A stretch of DNA of 64,000 nucleotides from an uncultured Methanoregulaceae archaeon (GTDB taxonomy: Archaea; Halobacteriota; Methanomicrobia; Methanomicrobiales; Methanospirillaceae). The notes below the pieces were generated by a model that did no database searches, had not been told where the DNA came from, and worked only from the letters and a program-made list of their open reading frames with translations. Both the position numbers and the translations under genes were made by a program. The stretch spans positions 576,001 to 640,000 of the forward strand of contig OY969564.1 of NCBI GenBank assembly GCA_963701095.1, in the 5' to 3' direction. Below, in pieces: positions 10,445-20,801 of this stretch (position 1 is the first letter of the stretch; every line of letters begins with the position of its first letter).

Positions 10445-11008
10445 ATGGAAAAGATCCAGCTGCACAACCAAGCCCCAGCGGTGCCGATTCCAATTATTAT
10501 TGCCGGCGCACTTGTAAAGGGAAAGGAAAATTACCTGACAATTGGCGCATATGGAATAATGTCCATCCAGCCGCCAGTGGTCTATATTTCATCGATGAAA
10601 AGCCATTTCACCAATGCCGGGATAAAAAAGACCGGTTACTTTAGTATCAACGTACCTTGCGCGAGTATGGTAAAAGAGACCGATTACTGCGGGCTTGTAT
10701 CAGGGCGCGATACCGACAAATCCGTCGTCTTCACCTCATTTTATGGAAAAGAAAAACATGCCCCCATGATCCGGGAGTGCCCTATCAACGCGTTGTGTAA
10801 ACTTGCAAAAACTGTAAAACTTCCCAACAATGATGTCTTCATTGGCGATGTTGTAGAATATTACGTGGATAAAACATGCCTTGCAGAGGATCACCCCGAT
10901 CCCAAAAAAACTACCCCACTGCTCTTGTACGGCCGTTCGTACAGAAACCTGGGCCGGGTTGCCGGAACGGCCTTTGCTGCTGGAAAGGCACTCATGAAAA
11001 AAGAATAA
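10445..11008 (+). CDS. Flavin reductase/flavoredoxin family protein
   Basis: FSINVP, DYCGLVSGRDTDK, APMIRECP; GAGGT RBS. Confidence 0.88.
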   Translation: MEKIQLHNQAPAVPIPIIIAGALVKGKENYLTIGAYGIMSIQPPVVYISSMKSHFTNAGIKKTGYFSINVPCASMVKETDYCGLVSGRDTDKSVVFTSFYGKEKHAPMIRECPINALCKLAKTVKLPNNDVFIGDVVEYYVDKTCLAEDHPDPKKTTPLLLYGRSYRNLGRVAGTAFAAGKALMKKE

Positions 11009-11106
11009 TTTTTTTTGTTCAGACTATGCCGGAGTTTGAATCCTAAAACACACTCCAAAAAACCCGCGTTTTTCTTGATGTTTTAAGAAAAAAGAGATTT
11101 TGTCGT

Positions 11107-11700
11107 TTATGCTGCCGCAGCTGCCGGGATTCCTTTTTTGACTTGTAACGCTGCGAAGATAGCTACAATCCCAATAAAGAGGGCAAAGATGCCAGCGACA
11201 AAAGGAAGGAGCGCAGCGGATAATAACGGAAACACAAGAAGCAGGATACCAAATATTATACTGATAATCCCGATAATACCATTTCCGGCATCCTTTCGTG
11301 TAAATGCATGGAATAAGTGAACGAATCCCGTAAAACATGCCCAGAAACCAATGAAGATGACTAAGAACGCGAGGAGGAAGACGGTTGAATATAATGGATA
11401 AGAGAGGATAATGATACCTGCAATAAGGTTGAGCACTGCGAGAAATATCTTCCAGCCCATATCTGTCCGATCTATGGCGAGACTGATCAGCGCGAAGATA
11501 CCGCTGACAAGCCAGTAGGCTCCCAGAAATGTGACAAAGACGAGCGTGGTAATACCCGGCGAAGCAAGGAACATAACGCCAATGAGGAATGCAAGAATTC
11601 CCCACAAGAGAATGACCCACCAGGGGAAAAGCCCGTGAGAGTTAAACCAGCACATTTGTTCATCTTCAGAAGGTTGCGGAAATGTAGTTGCTTCAGTCAT
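11107..11700 (-). CDS. HdeD/DUF308 family membrane protein
   Basis: WWVILLWGILAFLIG..GAYWLVSGI repeated hairpin pattern. Confidence 0.8.
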   Translation of the reverse strand: MTEATTFPQPSEDEQMCWFNSHGLFPWWVILLWGILAFLIGVMFLASPGITTLVFVTFLGAYWLVSGIFALISLAIDRTDMGWKIFLAVLNLIAGIIILSYPLYSTVFLLAFLVIFIGFWACFTGFVHLFHAFTRKDAGNGIIGIISIIFGILLLVFPLLSAALLPFVAGIFALFIGIVAIFAALQVKKGIPAAAAA

Positions 11701-11784
11701 GTTAATAAACCTCAATTTTATACGTGATTTCTGCTACCGGCATATTTGAACATTGCTTTTTAACCGGTGCCATATTAAAAAATA

Positions 11785-12738
11785 TTACTCTGATTCGGGC
11801 ATATTGAGTATCGTCCGTATCTTCTGTTGGGTTTCCTTTGGTGTTCCTGTCGTATTTAGCAGATAGCAATCTGTCCGTTCGACAAGATCCCGGATATATT
11901 GATTCCGGAGCGTGGTTTTACGTGCTTCTTTTACTAGAAGATGCGGATTAAAGTATTCGTTCGCCTCGAAGAATGCACAGGCATCCTCTTTCTCCAGCTC
12001 GCACAGGGTTCGCGAATCAGCCGTGTCCCGGTGCAGGACGACAAGTGTGGTTAGAGTCGTAAGAGGTAACAGCCGGCCTTTTCCTACCACCCACCTGATA
12101 TCAGCTACAGCCCTTCCATCTGCATCATACTCATTTGCAGCAACAAGACCGTCGAATTCCTTCCAGATTGCAGAAAGATCCTGCCGGATGTAGAAATTCC
12201 GTTCCGAGCCGTATGCAAGAATCTCCGGACCGAAGATCCGGGTAAAGAACCAATCGTCGGAAATAATCCGGGCGCACGGATCGCGAAGAAGACCATACGT
12301 CTGGGTGGTCTTTCCCGCACCGGAAACCCCGACCATGCCAAGGCCTTTTCCTCCGATATCTACACAGGCTCCATGGATTGAGCTGATACCATGTTCGTCC
12401 TCAAGAATATCGCCGCAGAGGCCAAGTGCAATTGACTTGATCCAACCGTAGTAGGTAAAGTTGAACAGAAACGCGGTCTTGGTGTATGGGTCGAATTGTA
12501 CGGTGTTTTCCTCGTATGATGGATCAGAAAACACGTACAACCTGCCGTGAGACCGGATATTCTGGGACATCGGGGAAAAGTTCTCCTGCCATGTCTCAAG
12601 CAGTGTTCTGTTGTCAGAAATCAGTTTGATACAACAACCGAATATCTCCGATTTGATCTCGTACTTTATCCGGGGTGCACAACGTACGGCGAGCTGCTCT
12701 TTTTCTTCAGGGGAAATCAGGAGTATGGTATAGGGCAT
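11785..12738 (-). CDS. HPr-kinase/PEPCK-like P-loop protein
   Basis: IHGACV..GVSGAGKTT..IISDD motifs. Confidence 0.7.
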   Translation of the reverse strand: MPYTILLISPEEKEQLAVRCAPRIKYEIKSEIFGCCIKLISDNRTLLETWQENFSPMSQNIRSHGRLYVFSDPSYEENTVQFDPYTKTAFLFNFTYYGWIKSIALGLCGDILEDEHGISSIHGACVDIGGKGLGMVGVSGAGKTTQTYGLLRDPCARIISDDWFFTRIFGPEILAYGSERNFYIRQDLSAIWKEFDGLVAANEYDADGRAVADIRWVVGKGRLLPLTTLTTLVVLHRDTADSRTLCELEKEDACAFFEANEYFNPHLLVKEARKTTLRNQYIRDLVERTDCYLLNTTGTPKETQQKIRTILNMPESE

Positions 12739-12884
12739 CGAACGACCTCACATATGATGATCTTCATTCTTGATAAGCCGCCTACCGGTATAGGATGCTT
12801 TCGGTCGGGAGAAAGTCAGCCCGAACAATAAAAAAATAATTTCGAACCAAATCACAAAAAGAAGTATTCCAGGAATAATAGAGG

Positions 12885-13586
12885 TTACGATTGTATATGG
12901 CTGCCGTCGCAGAACGGTTTGTTTCCGGATTTCCCGCACCGGCAGAGCGTAACACGGTTCCTGACAATGTACGGTTTGCCCTCTTCAGAAGTGACTGGTA
13001 TGCTGCCTCTTACCCAGATAGGGCCGTGCTCCCCCCGAGGTGGGTATTCGATAAGTGCAATTGACTTTTCCAGTTCCGGCTCGATAATTTTTCCGGTTTT
13101 CTTGTCCCGGATCACAAGTCTTCCTGAGGGACAGTGGCATGATTCTTCAATTGCCGTTGATTTTGCCTTCGGGACATCCGAGGCTTTGGTGAGGTTCCAG
13201 ATCCCACCGGCCCGCATGCAGAACCGAGCATGGACACAGAGGTTCTCGAAATCATCCAGTTCAAGTTCGGGCCCCGATATGACCCGGGGGTGAAGGAGAT
13301 ACGATTCGTTTCCAGCAGTTTCTTCACCGTTAAAATGGATCTTCACGTGCGTTCCGTCACAAAACGGCTTATTCTGTGAATGGCCGCACCGACAAAGGGC
13401 ATACATTTCTTGTTCAGGAAATTGTTTTACCTTTCGCCAGGTATGGCAGTTTCCTTCCTTGTCGTTACAGATCTCTTCCTGTTGCAAAGGAACGTTCCCC
13501 GTGACAATATAGGGGCCATTCTTCGTTACGGTAATCTTCATAGAATCGGTTTTTGGTTCCTGATTGTTTTTGGGTATTTCTGTCAT
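12885..13586 (-). CDS. CDGSH iron-sulfur protein (two CDGSH domains plus a central divergent 4Fe-4S domain)
   Basis: LCRCGHSQNKPFCDGTH, LCVHARFC, CPSGRL, LCRCGKSGNKPFCDGSH. Confidence 0.92.
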   Translation of the reverse strand: MTEIPKNNQEPKTDSMKITVTKNGPYIVTGNVPLQQEEICNDKEGNCHTWRKVKQFPEQEMYALCRCGHSQNKPFCDGTHVKIHFNGEETAGNESYLLHPRVISGPELELDDFENLCVHARFCMRAGGIWNLTKASDVPKAKSTAIEESCHCPSGRLVIRDKKTGKIIEPELEKSIALIEYPPRGEHGPIWVRGSIPVTSEEGKPYIVRNRVTLCRCGKSGNKPFCDGSHIQS

Positions 13587-13742
13587 GGAGATTATTCCTG
13601 TCCCTCTGTAAATATGTACCTTCTTTGTTACAATCTTGAATTGCCCTGCCGGAGAATAATGGTTTTCTAGGTTAAACCCGGGAAAATGAAAGGAGGATAT
13701 GATGGGTAAAAAACGACATCATAGGGAAAAAGAGGGGGTATT

Positions 13743-14300
13743 TTATTGATTGAACTGTATGTCAAAGTAGATGCTTTTTCCTGATGCTCTAAGGGGGATC
13801 CCGTAAGCAACGCTGCAACCCTTAAGATATCCGGCTTTGAGGGCCACAAATCCCGCCGTGAACATTATCCGGTTGTCGACATTATGGATCGATGCCGTCT
13901 TCACTGCTGATCCAACGGCAATACCAAGGTCAGATATCTTGAGAACACAGTTAGGTCCGGCATACGCAAAGTCCTTGTTCTTCCGGGTCTTCTGCGCTTT
14001 TACCATGTCTGCGCATGTTGAATGCCCGCAGCCGCCGCAGTTGATGCCAAGTGTTTTTTGACCCTCGACACCGATAAGAACCGTAGCATCGCTTGCTTTC
14101 ACCTGTTCACCGTTGATCCGGAGAAAATCCATACCGGTCTCTTTTGCGGTTGCTATCATTTTGTTCCCGAGTGCCGTCTGTTCTTTACCGGAGAGCACTT
14201 CAATTTTTATCGAGTCAAGGCCGCAGGCTTTCGGTGCTGTTCTTGCAGCAAGCGCCATGAGACCAGCAACATTCATTACTGCATCAGATTCAGTTGTCAT
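13743..14300 (-). CDS. DUF2148 ferredoxin-like domain protein
   Basis: AARTAPK, NCGGCGHSTC, DLGIAVGSA, VDNRIM, GKSIYFD. Confidence 0.85.
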   Translation of the reverse strand: MTTESDAVMNVAGLMALAARTAPKACGLDSIKIEVLSGKEQTALGNKMIATAKETGMDFLRINGEQVKASDATVLIGVEGQKTLGINCGGCGHSTCADMVKAQKTRKNKDFAYAGPNCVLKISDLGIAVGSAVKTASIHNVDNRIMFTAGFVALKAGYLKGCSVAYGIPLRASGKSIYFDIQFNQ

Positions 14301-14349
14301 ACCGGGAAATTAACTTCGTCAGGTAATAAACCATAAGGTATTCAGGCTG

Positions 14350-14673
14350 TCATCCTGTCGAGAGAGCCGATCTTGTATCACTACTGAAGCTGTTGCACTG
14401 GATAGCGCGGTCGGTTCGGACAAAGGAAAGTACGTACCTCTGTCGCTCGTAGTTACGCAGGAGATCGTAAATTATACCAGGGAATGGGTGATAATGTGGC
14501 GTTACAACTGCAGCCGGGTGGAACTCATTGTGAAATGACGTTTCCGTTAAACGTTGGCGGGTGATCTCAACAAGGATTTTTTTGAGAGCAATAAGCTCAT
14601 TAAGCGTAGCGGGATATTCCTTATCATCGATAACCATTTCGATCTGCTCAACAACTTCATTCATCCGGGTCAT
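14350..14673 (-). CDS. Hypothetical protein
   Basis: 107-aa ORF with ATG, purine-rich upstream sequence; no recognisable motif. Confidence 0.45.
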   Translation of the reverse strand: MTRMNEVVEQIEMVIDDKEYPATLNELIALKKILVEITRQRLTETSFHNEFHPAAVVTPHYHPFPGIIYDLLRNYERQRYVLSFVRTDRAIQCNSFSSDTRSALSTG

Positions 14674-14984
14674 GATATTCCACTTTCTCCTTTCAACTCT
14701 GGATTTTACAAAATAGATGTCAGCTGGGGATTATATATAATAGAAAAATTGGTAGGGTTCTTTTGATTAAAGGGATGGTAGGGTGTTTGAACCACCGGGT
14801 TATATGGAAATTTCCGAACATCCCGACAATCCCAAAAACGATGTGAAACAGATGGATTTGCCAGAAATCTAAAAAACACTACCGTATATCCTGATGTGAC
14901 GGAACCTATAAACGGGATCAGAAGAAATTTATGCAAACTCTTATCTCCGGTTGCTGGGAATCCTACAATATCATTTCCGGCACG

Positions 14985-15638
14985 ATGAGATACCGCACCG
15001 GGAGCGCGACAAAAACGTCTGCACCATCACCAAAGACACAACCTGAACTCTCCGGAGAAGATGCCACCCTTCTTACACTTTACGCCCTCGCCGGAGAGGA
15101 ATGCGGAGAACTCATTACGCTTCATCCCCATCTCTTCCGATTCATCCGTCAACACCTTTTAGCGCTTGGACATACCGCTCTTACCCACCCGGCCTCACAT
15201 GATGTTGAAGTCCGGGAACTCTCCATCCATGAAATGAACCGTGCCGAAGAGGAACTCTGGATCCACGATAACCGACAGAAAGCAGATACCGAGACTGACC
15301 GGTTGTTTGCGGCGTTCTCCGGGACGCAGCTTGTCGGTGTAGCACGTTGTTCCCGGCACCCGGACTGGTATGAAGTTGACAGCGTCTATGTGCTCGAAGA
15401 ATACCGGCATCAGGGATTTGCCAGGCTGGTCATGAAACGGCTTATCGAAGAATGCGGCCGTCATGAAACACTCCATCTGCATGCAAAGCCGGAACTAGTT
15501 GATTTCTACCGGGAGATGGGGTTTGTTCCGGTCCAGTCCCCAGAGATACCAGAAACGATCCGGCCAGAGTCTGATGCATATGGCTCCGTGGAAAACAGCA
15601 CCTGTTCAATGAAACGCGACCCTTCTCCCGGCTCATAA
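14985..15638 (+). CDS. GNAT family N-acetyltransferase
   Basis: VYVLEEYRHQGFA acetyl-CoA motif, FYREMGF; start uncertain. Confidence 0.8.
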   Translation: MRYRTGSATKTSAPSPKTQPELSGEDATLLTLYALAGEECGELITLHPHLFRFIRQHLLALGHTALTHPASHDVEVRELSIHEMNRAEEELWIHDNRQKADTETDRLFAAFSGTQLVGVARCSRHPDWYEVDSVYVLEEYRHQGFARLVMKRLIEECGRHETLHLHAKPELVDFYREMGFVPVQSPEIPETIRPESDAYGSVENSTCSMKRDPSPGS

Positions 15639-15747
15639 GCGCGAAATAAAGACTGGTATATGGTGGATGAATGATATCACACATCAGGTCACGGTATTTG
15701 GCAGATAAACAGTATCTGAACAAATCCATGTTTAAGGAAATGGTTGA

Positions 15748-17696
15748 ATGATCGGCCTTTTCTTCAATATCGTAATCCTCATCTTCCTTGCCGGCATCGC
15801 CATCGCTCTCTTGGGCGCGGGGCGCGACGACTCCGTCATTCGCACACTCTCGCTTGCCTGCACTGCCGGAGCTTCGGCACTGCTTGCCCTTTTTGCGCTT
15901 TTCATACTTGTCACCGGTACTTCTGTTACCGTTATCGCATGGCAGCCATTTCCCGGCTTTCAAATTGCATTCTTTATTGACCGGCTTGCTGCGTTTTTCC
16001 TCTTTCTTATCAGCATAGTTACCGTGTGTGTCGCAACATACAGCACGGAGTATATCGATCATATGGACGGAGGAACCCGGCGCAATCTTTTGTGCGGCTG
16101 CATCGGTACCTTCGTGCTCGCAATGGTCCTTGTCGTGGCCTCACAAAACACGATCTCCTTTCTCTTGTTCTGGGAGCTCATGGCAGCGATCTCCTTTATT
16201 CTCGTGATGTATGATTATACGCACGCCGAAACCAGAAAAGCAGGGATCTTTTATTTTGTGATGACACAGCTCTCTACCCTCTTTGTGATATTTGGGGTAA
16301 TCGCTCTTTTTGTCGCAACAGGTTCGTTTGCAATCGCCCGGATAACGGTACCGGCCGCGTCGACGCCACTGGTAACTGCCGGGTTTCTTTCGCTCTTTAT
16401 CGGTTTTTCCATAAAGGCTGGCATCATCCCTTTCCATAAATGGCTCCCATATGCCCACCCGGCAACCCCAACACCGGTCTCAGCACTCATGTCAGGTATT
16501 ATGCTCAAGGTAGCAGTCTATGGTCTTCTCCGGTTCGTCATTACCGTTTTTTCTCCGGATGCCTGGTGGGGTGAGTTGATACTTGCCGCTGGTATAACAT
16601 CAGCAGTCCTCGGAGTCATCTATGCGATCAAGGAAGATGACATAAAAGGCCTTCTGGCATACTCGAGCATAGAAAATATCGGCATTATATTTGTTGGTAT
16701 AGGCCTCTATGTCATCTTTTCCTGTTCAGGACTTGCCCTGCTTGCGACTATCAGCCTGCTTGCCGCACTTTTCCACTCCCTTAACCATGCGTTGTTTAAA
16801 AGCCTCCTTTTCCTTACGGCCGGGTCCGTGGTGCACGCTACACATACGCGAGATATCGAAAAAATGGGCGGACTTGCCGGAAAAATGCCCCTAACCTCAG
16901 CCCTCTTTTTTACCGGTGCTGCTGCCATTGCCGCTCTTCCGCCGCTTAATGGTTTTGCGAGCGAGCTTTTGATCTATACGGCATTCTTTGAATCTGTCGC
17001 TGTCGTCAATCCCCTCCTCAAAGTAATCCTGTTTATATGTCTTGCTCTCTTTGCTTTGACAAGCGCTCTTTCCGCAGCCTGCTTTGTGAAAGCCTTTGGC
17101 TCCATTTTCCTTGCCAGGCCGCGGTCTGTCGCATGTGATAATGCGACTGAAGTGGGTCTCGCGATGCTCGCAGGCCCTGCTGTCCTCGCTGCATTATGTG
17201 TGGGCCTTGGTGTCTTCTCGTACCAGATTTTTACTGCGTTCGGTTATGTCCTACCAATACCTGACCTGCTGGTAATAAGCCTCCTTCTCCTATTCATGGG
17301 ACTACTTACCTACGGCATCCTGTATTTTACCTCTTTCCGGGAAAGCAGGATCAGTGAAACCTGGGGATGTGGTGCACGATCCCTTTCCTCGTCGACAGAA
17401 TATACCGGCCACGGTTTCTCGGAACCAATCGTTACCATCTTTTCATCCATATACCGGACAAAAAAGACCAGCACCAAAACCTATTATGATGACCATGACC
17501 TCATCTTTGATTCGGGAACCGCTGAATCCGGTTGGTAAAATTCTTCGAGGAATACCTGTACCTGCCCATTTCCCGGGGAGCTACCCAAGCTGCAAGCTTT
17601 ATCGTCCGCATGCAGAACGGGTGCCTTGACACGTATATCCTCTATGTTTTCTTGGCTGTTGTGGTCGTCATCGTTTTGTTAGGGGTGCTTTTATGA
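15748..17696 (+). CDS. hyfB: Ehr/Hyf antiporter-like membrane subunit (HyfB/NuoL-like), 1-nt deletion near 17527
   Basis: FWELMA, KAGIIPFHKWLP, LLAYSSIEN, HALFKSLLF, TWGCG; after the shift the frame continues LVKFFEEYLYLP...MQNG to TGA 17696, overlapping the next ATG. Confidence 0.88.
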
Positions 17697-18634
17697 CCGC
17701 GGATTTTCTTATCTATGGTATCATCAATACGATTTTTGTCGTTCTTGTTGCCCCGCTGTTTGTGAGCCTTGTAAAGAAGATCAAGGCGTGGACACAGGGT
17801 CGGCGGGGTCCTTCAATCTTCCAGACGTATTATACGTTCCTGAAACTGTTCCAAAAGGAAGTCATCTTTTCCCCCAACGCGTCCTGGATCACCCGGGTCA
17901 CACCGTGGGTCTGCATTGCCGCTATCCTGACCGCTTCGCTCTTTGTCCCTCTGGTCTATGTGACTTCGCCGGCGGCAGGTATAGGAAATATCATCCTTTT
18001 CCTGTATCTCCTGGTGCTCGCCCGGTTCCTTATGGCCCTCTTGGGTCTTGATGCCGGGAGTGCTTTTGGCGGTATGGGCAGTTCACGTGAAATGAGTGTT
18101 GCAGCGGTCATAGAACCCACCACCATCATTGTCTTTGCTGCACTTGCCTTTGTCTTTAAATCGCTCAATATTATTGACATGGCAGCGACGGCCGCCACGA
18201 CCGGTACACCGGTTACCCCGACGCTGATTTTGCTTGGCATTTCCCTTTTCATCATCCTGATTGTCGAGACTGCACGTATCCCGGTTGATAACCCGGAGAC
18301 CCATCTCGAACTGACCATGATCCACGAAGGTATGATCCTCGAACAGTCCGGAAGGAATCTGGCAATTCTGGAGATCTCGTCTGCAATCAAGCAGACTGTC
18401 CTGATGGCACTCCTCATCAACCTCATTGTCCCCTGGGGGATAGCCACTTCGCTCCTGCCTTTTGTTCTTGCAACTGCAATCGTTCTTTTTATCATAAAAG
18501 GTGCCATTCTTGCCCTTTTCATGGGGCTCTTTGAATCGTCCATGGCAAAGATGCGATTCTTCAGATTGCCGAACCTTTTCATGATGGCGTTCTTTTTCTC
18601 GACGCTTATTATTATCATTGAGGTGTTTGCATGA
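17693..18634 (+). CDS. hyfC: Ehr/Hyf NuoH-like membrane subunit
   Basis: QGRRGPS, FGGMGSSRE, ETARIPVDNPETHLELTMIHE. Confidence 0.92.
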   Translation: MTADFLIYGIINTIFVVLVAPLFVSLVKKIKAWTQGRRGPSIFQTYYTFLKLFQKEVIFSPNASWITRVTPWVCIAAILTASLFVPLVYVTSPAAGIGNIILFLYLLVLARFLMALLGLDAGSAFGGMGSSREMSVAAVIEPTTIIVFAALAFVFKSLNIIDMAATAATTGTPVTPTLILLGISLFIILIVETARIPVDNPETHLELTMIHEGMILEQSGRNLAILEISSAIKQTVLMALLINLIVPWGIATSLLPFVLATAIVLFIIKGAILALFMGLFESSMAKMRFFRLPNLFMMAFFFSTLIIIIEVFA

Positions 18635-19323
18635 CGGATCCTGCATATTTAAACGGTATCGTCAAGGTTCTGTTCGTCTGCGTGATTATTACGTCTGCGT
18701 ATATCATAACAACAAGAAACCTCATCAGTCTGGTCCGGGTATATGCACTCCAGTCACTTGCACTTGTCGCAATAGCCCTTTCACTTGCCTGGTACGAAGC
18801 TGATTCCGTCCTCCTTGCTATTGCTATCATTACGTTGGTTTTCAAGGTGTTCCTGATCCCTTACTTCATCGCGACCATTCAGGAAAAAATCCGGATCAAA
18901 CGGGATATTGACTTCCATTTCCTGAGCCCTACCAGTTCGTTGTTAATTTCGCTTGCTCTGATGATTGTCGTCTATATCATGCTCTCACGGATCTTCCCGG
19001 ACATGATGGTAAAAGGCAGTCTATTTTTCTTCGGGGCTGTTATCGGGATCTCGCTTGTCCTGATGGGGATGATGGTCACCTTTTCCCGTAAACGGGCAAT
19101 AACCAAAGTACTGGGCTACTTATCGATGGAGAATGGTGTTCTGCTTTTTGGTATTTTTGCCACCGAGCTTCCGTTCATAATTGAGTTCCTGATCATCATC
19201 GATCTTGTCATCCTCATTATCCTGACCACCATCCTTACCGTAGGGATCGATTCCACGCTTGAGGAGTACCATAACCGGCTTCACCGGTTCTATCTCTGGG
19301 AAGAACAGGAGGAAGCAACATGA
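18631..19323 (+). CDS. hyfE: Ehr/Hyf HyfE-like membrane subunit
   Basis: YALQS, KVFLIP, GYLSMENG; operon position. Confidence 0.85.
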   Translation: MTDPAYLNGIVKVLFVCVIITSAYIITTRNLISLVRVYALQSLALVAIALSLAWYEADSVLLAIAIITLVFKVFLIPYFIATIQEKIRIKRDIDFHFLSPTSSLLISLALMIVVYIMLSRIFPDMMVKGSLFFFGAVIGISLVLMGMMVTFSRKRAITKVLGYLSMENGVLLFGIFATELPFIIEFLIIIDLVILIILTTILTVGIDSTLEEYHNRLHRFYLWEEQEEAT

Positions 19324-20801
19324 TCCTGATCGCTTTTGCCATCTGTGCCCTTGCTGCAATTGTGCTTGTTGCACTCAGCCACACCAACCTGCAGATGAAT
19401 GCAGCTGCGGTCGGGCAGTCAATTGTTTATCTTGCGATCACCGTTTACATTCTCCTCTTTGTCCAGATCCCGGTGAATAATTTCATCGTGGGAAGCGGAT
19501 ATTTCTTCATCGACCATCTCGGCCTTCTGGAAGTGATGGTTGCGACCTGTATTTTCCTTCTCGCAGCCATATATGCCCGGGGATATGTCAGTAATCTGCT
19601 GGCAAACCGTGAGCTGGAACCAGGCAGCCTGAAACTTTTCTATGCCTCCTGGTGCCTGCTTGAACTGGTAATTGTCCTTGCCTTTTTCTCTGACAATCTT
19701 GCGCTGTTCTGGATATTTGCAGAAATGACGACAATCCTTTCCGCGTTGCTGGTTGCCATTCTTTCAGCAAAGGAAAACATCGATGCAGCGCTCAAATATA
19801 TTTTCGTTGCATCGACGGCAATGATTTTTGCTTTTGTCGGTCTTATCTTCCTTTATGAGATATCACTCTCAACGCTTGGCACTGGTACGCTAAACTGGAC
19901 TGTTTTAATGCAGCGCGCTTCAACGTTTCCTGCCGGCATGGTGACTGCTGCATTTATGTTTGTTTTTATCGGGTTTGCCGCAAAATCCGGTATCTTCCCG
20001 TTCCATACGTGGCTTCCGGAAGCCCATGCAAAGGCCCCTTCAGCCGTGAGTGCCGTTCTCTCGGGCGTGCTCCTGAACATAGGAATCTATGGTATCATCC
20101 GGGTCTTTGCGATCGCTCATCAGGCCCATGACCTGGCTGTTCTTACCCCGGTACTCCTGATATTTGCCATTTTCACAATAGCTATTGCGGCAATCTCGAT
20201 GCTTGTCGAAAAGAACCTAAAAAAACTGATCGCGTTTTCAAGCATCGAGAATATGGGCATCATTCTCGCCGGTATAGCCGTGGCCTCACCGCTCGCAATC
20301 TTCTGGGTGCTTTTCCAGATTATCGGGCATGCCCTGACAAAAGCTTCACTCTTTTTCTCGGCCGGCATCCTGCACCGGCAGTACCGGAGCCATATTTCGC
20401 CGGATGCTCCTGATGATATTCATGACGTTTTTAAGTTTCAGCCGCTTGCTGCCTGGGGTATCATCCTTGGAGGCCTTTCAATCATCGGTATACCTCCTTT
20501 CATGGTATTCTTCTCAAAATTCTTTATCCTGCTTTCGCTAGGATCTCTCTCTCTAGGAACACTTGCGGTTGTCCTTGTCCTCCTTTTTATAGCTGCTGCA
20601 GCTTTCGGGTATTTCGTGATAAAGGCATTCTGTCGTACTACACCGTCCGGTGAAATTGACGACCTTGCAGCCTACCGGACCCCCCTTTCCATGGAAGTAC
20701 CCATCGTGATACTCCTTACCCTTGTCCTTATTCTCGGACTTATGTTTCCAGCTGGGGGCACCGCATTCCTTAACCAGATAGTGATGGAGCTGAAGTTCTG
20801 A
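19320..20801 (+). CDS. hyfF: Ehr/Hyf antiporter-like membrane subunit (HyfF/NuoM-like)
   Basis: WIFAEMTT, AALKY, KSGIFPFHTWLPEAH, AFSSIENMG. Confidence 0.9.
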   Translation: MILIAFAICALAAIVLVALSHTNLQMNAAAVGQSIVYLAITVYILLFVQIPVNNFIVGSGYFFIDHLGLLEVMVATCIFLLAAIYARGYVSNLLANRELEPGSLKLFYASWCLLELVIVLAFFSDNLALFWIFAEMTTILSALLVAILSAKENIDAALKYIFVASTAMIFAFVGLIFLYEISLSTLGTGTLNWTVLMQRASTFPAGMVTAAFMFVFIGFAAKSGIFPFHTWLPEAHAKAPSAVSAVLSGVLLNIGIYGIIRVFAIAHQAHDLAVLTPVLLIFAIFTIAIAAISMLVEKNLKKLIAFSSIENMGIILAGIAVASPLAIFWVLFQIIGHALTKASLFFSAGILHRQYRSHISPDAPDDIHDVFKFQPLAAWGIILGGLSIIGIPPFMVFFSKFFILLSLGSLSLGTLAVVLVLLFIAAAAFGYFVIKAFCRTTPSGEIDDLAAYRTPLSMEVPIVILLTLVLILGLMFPAGGTAFLNQIVMELKF

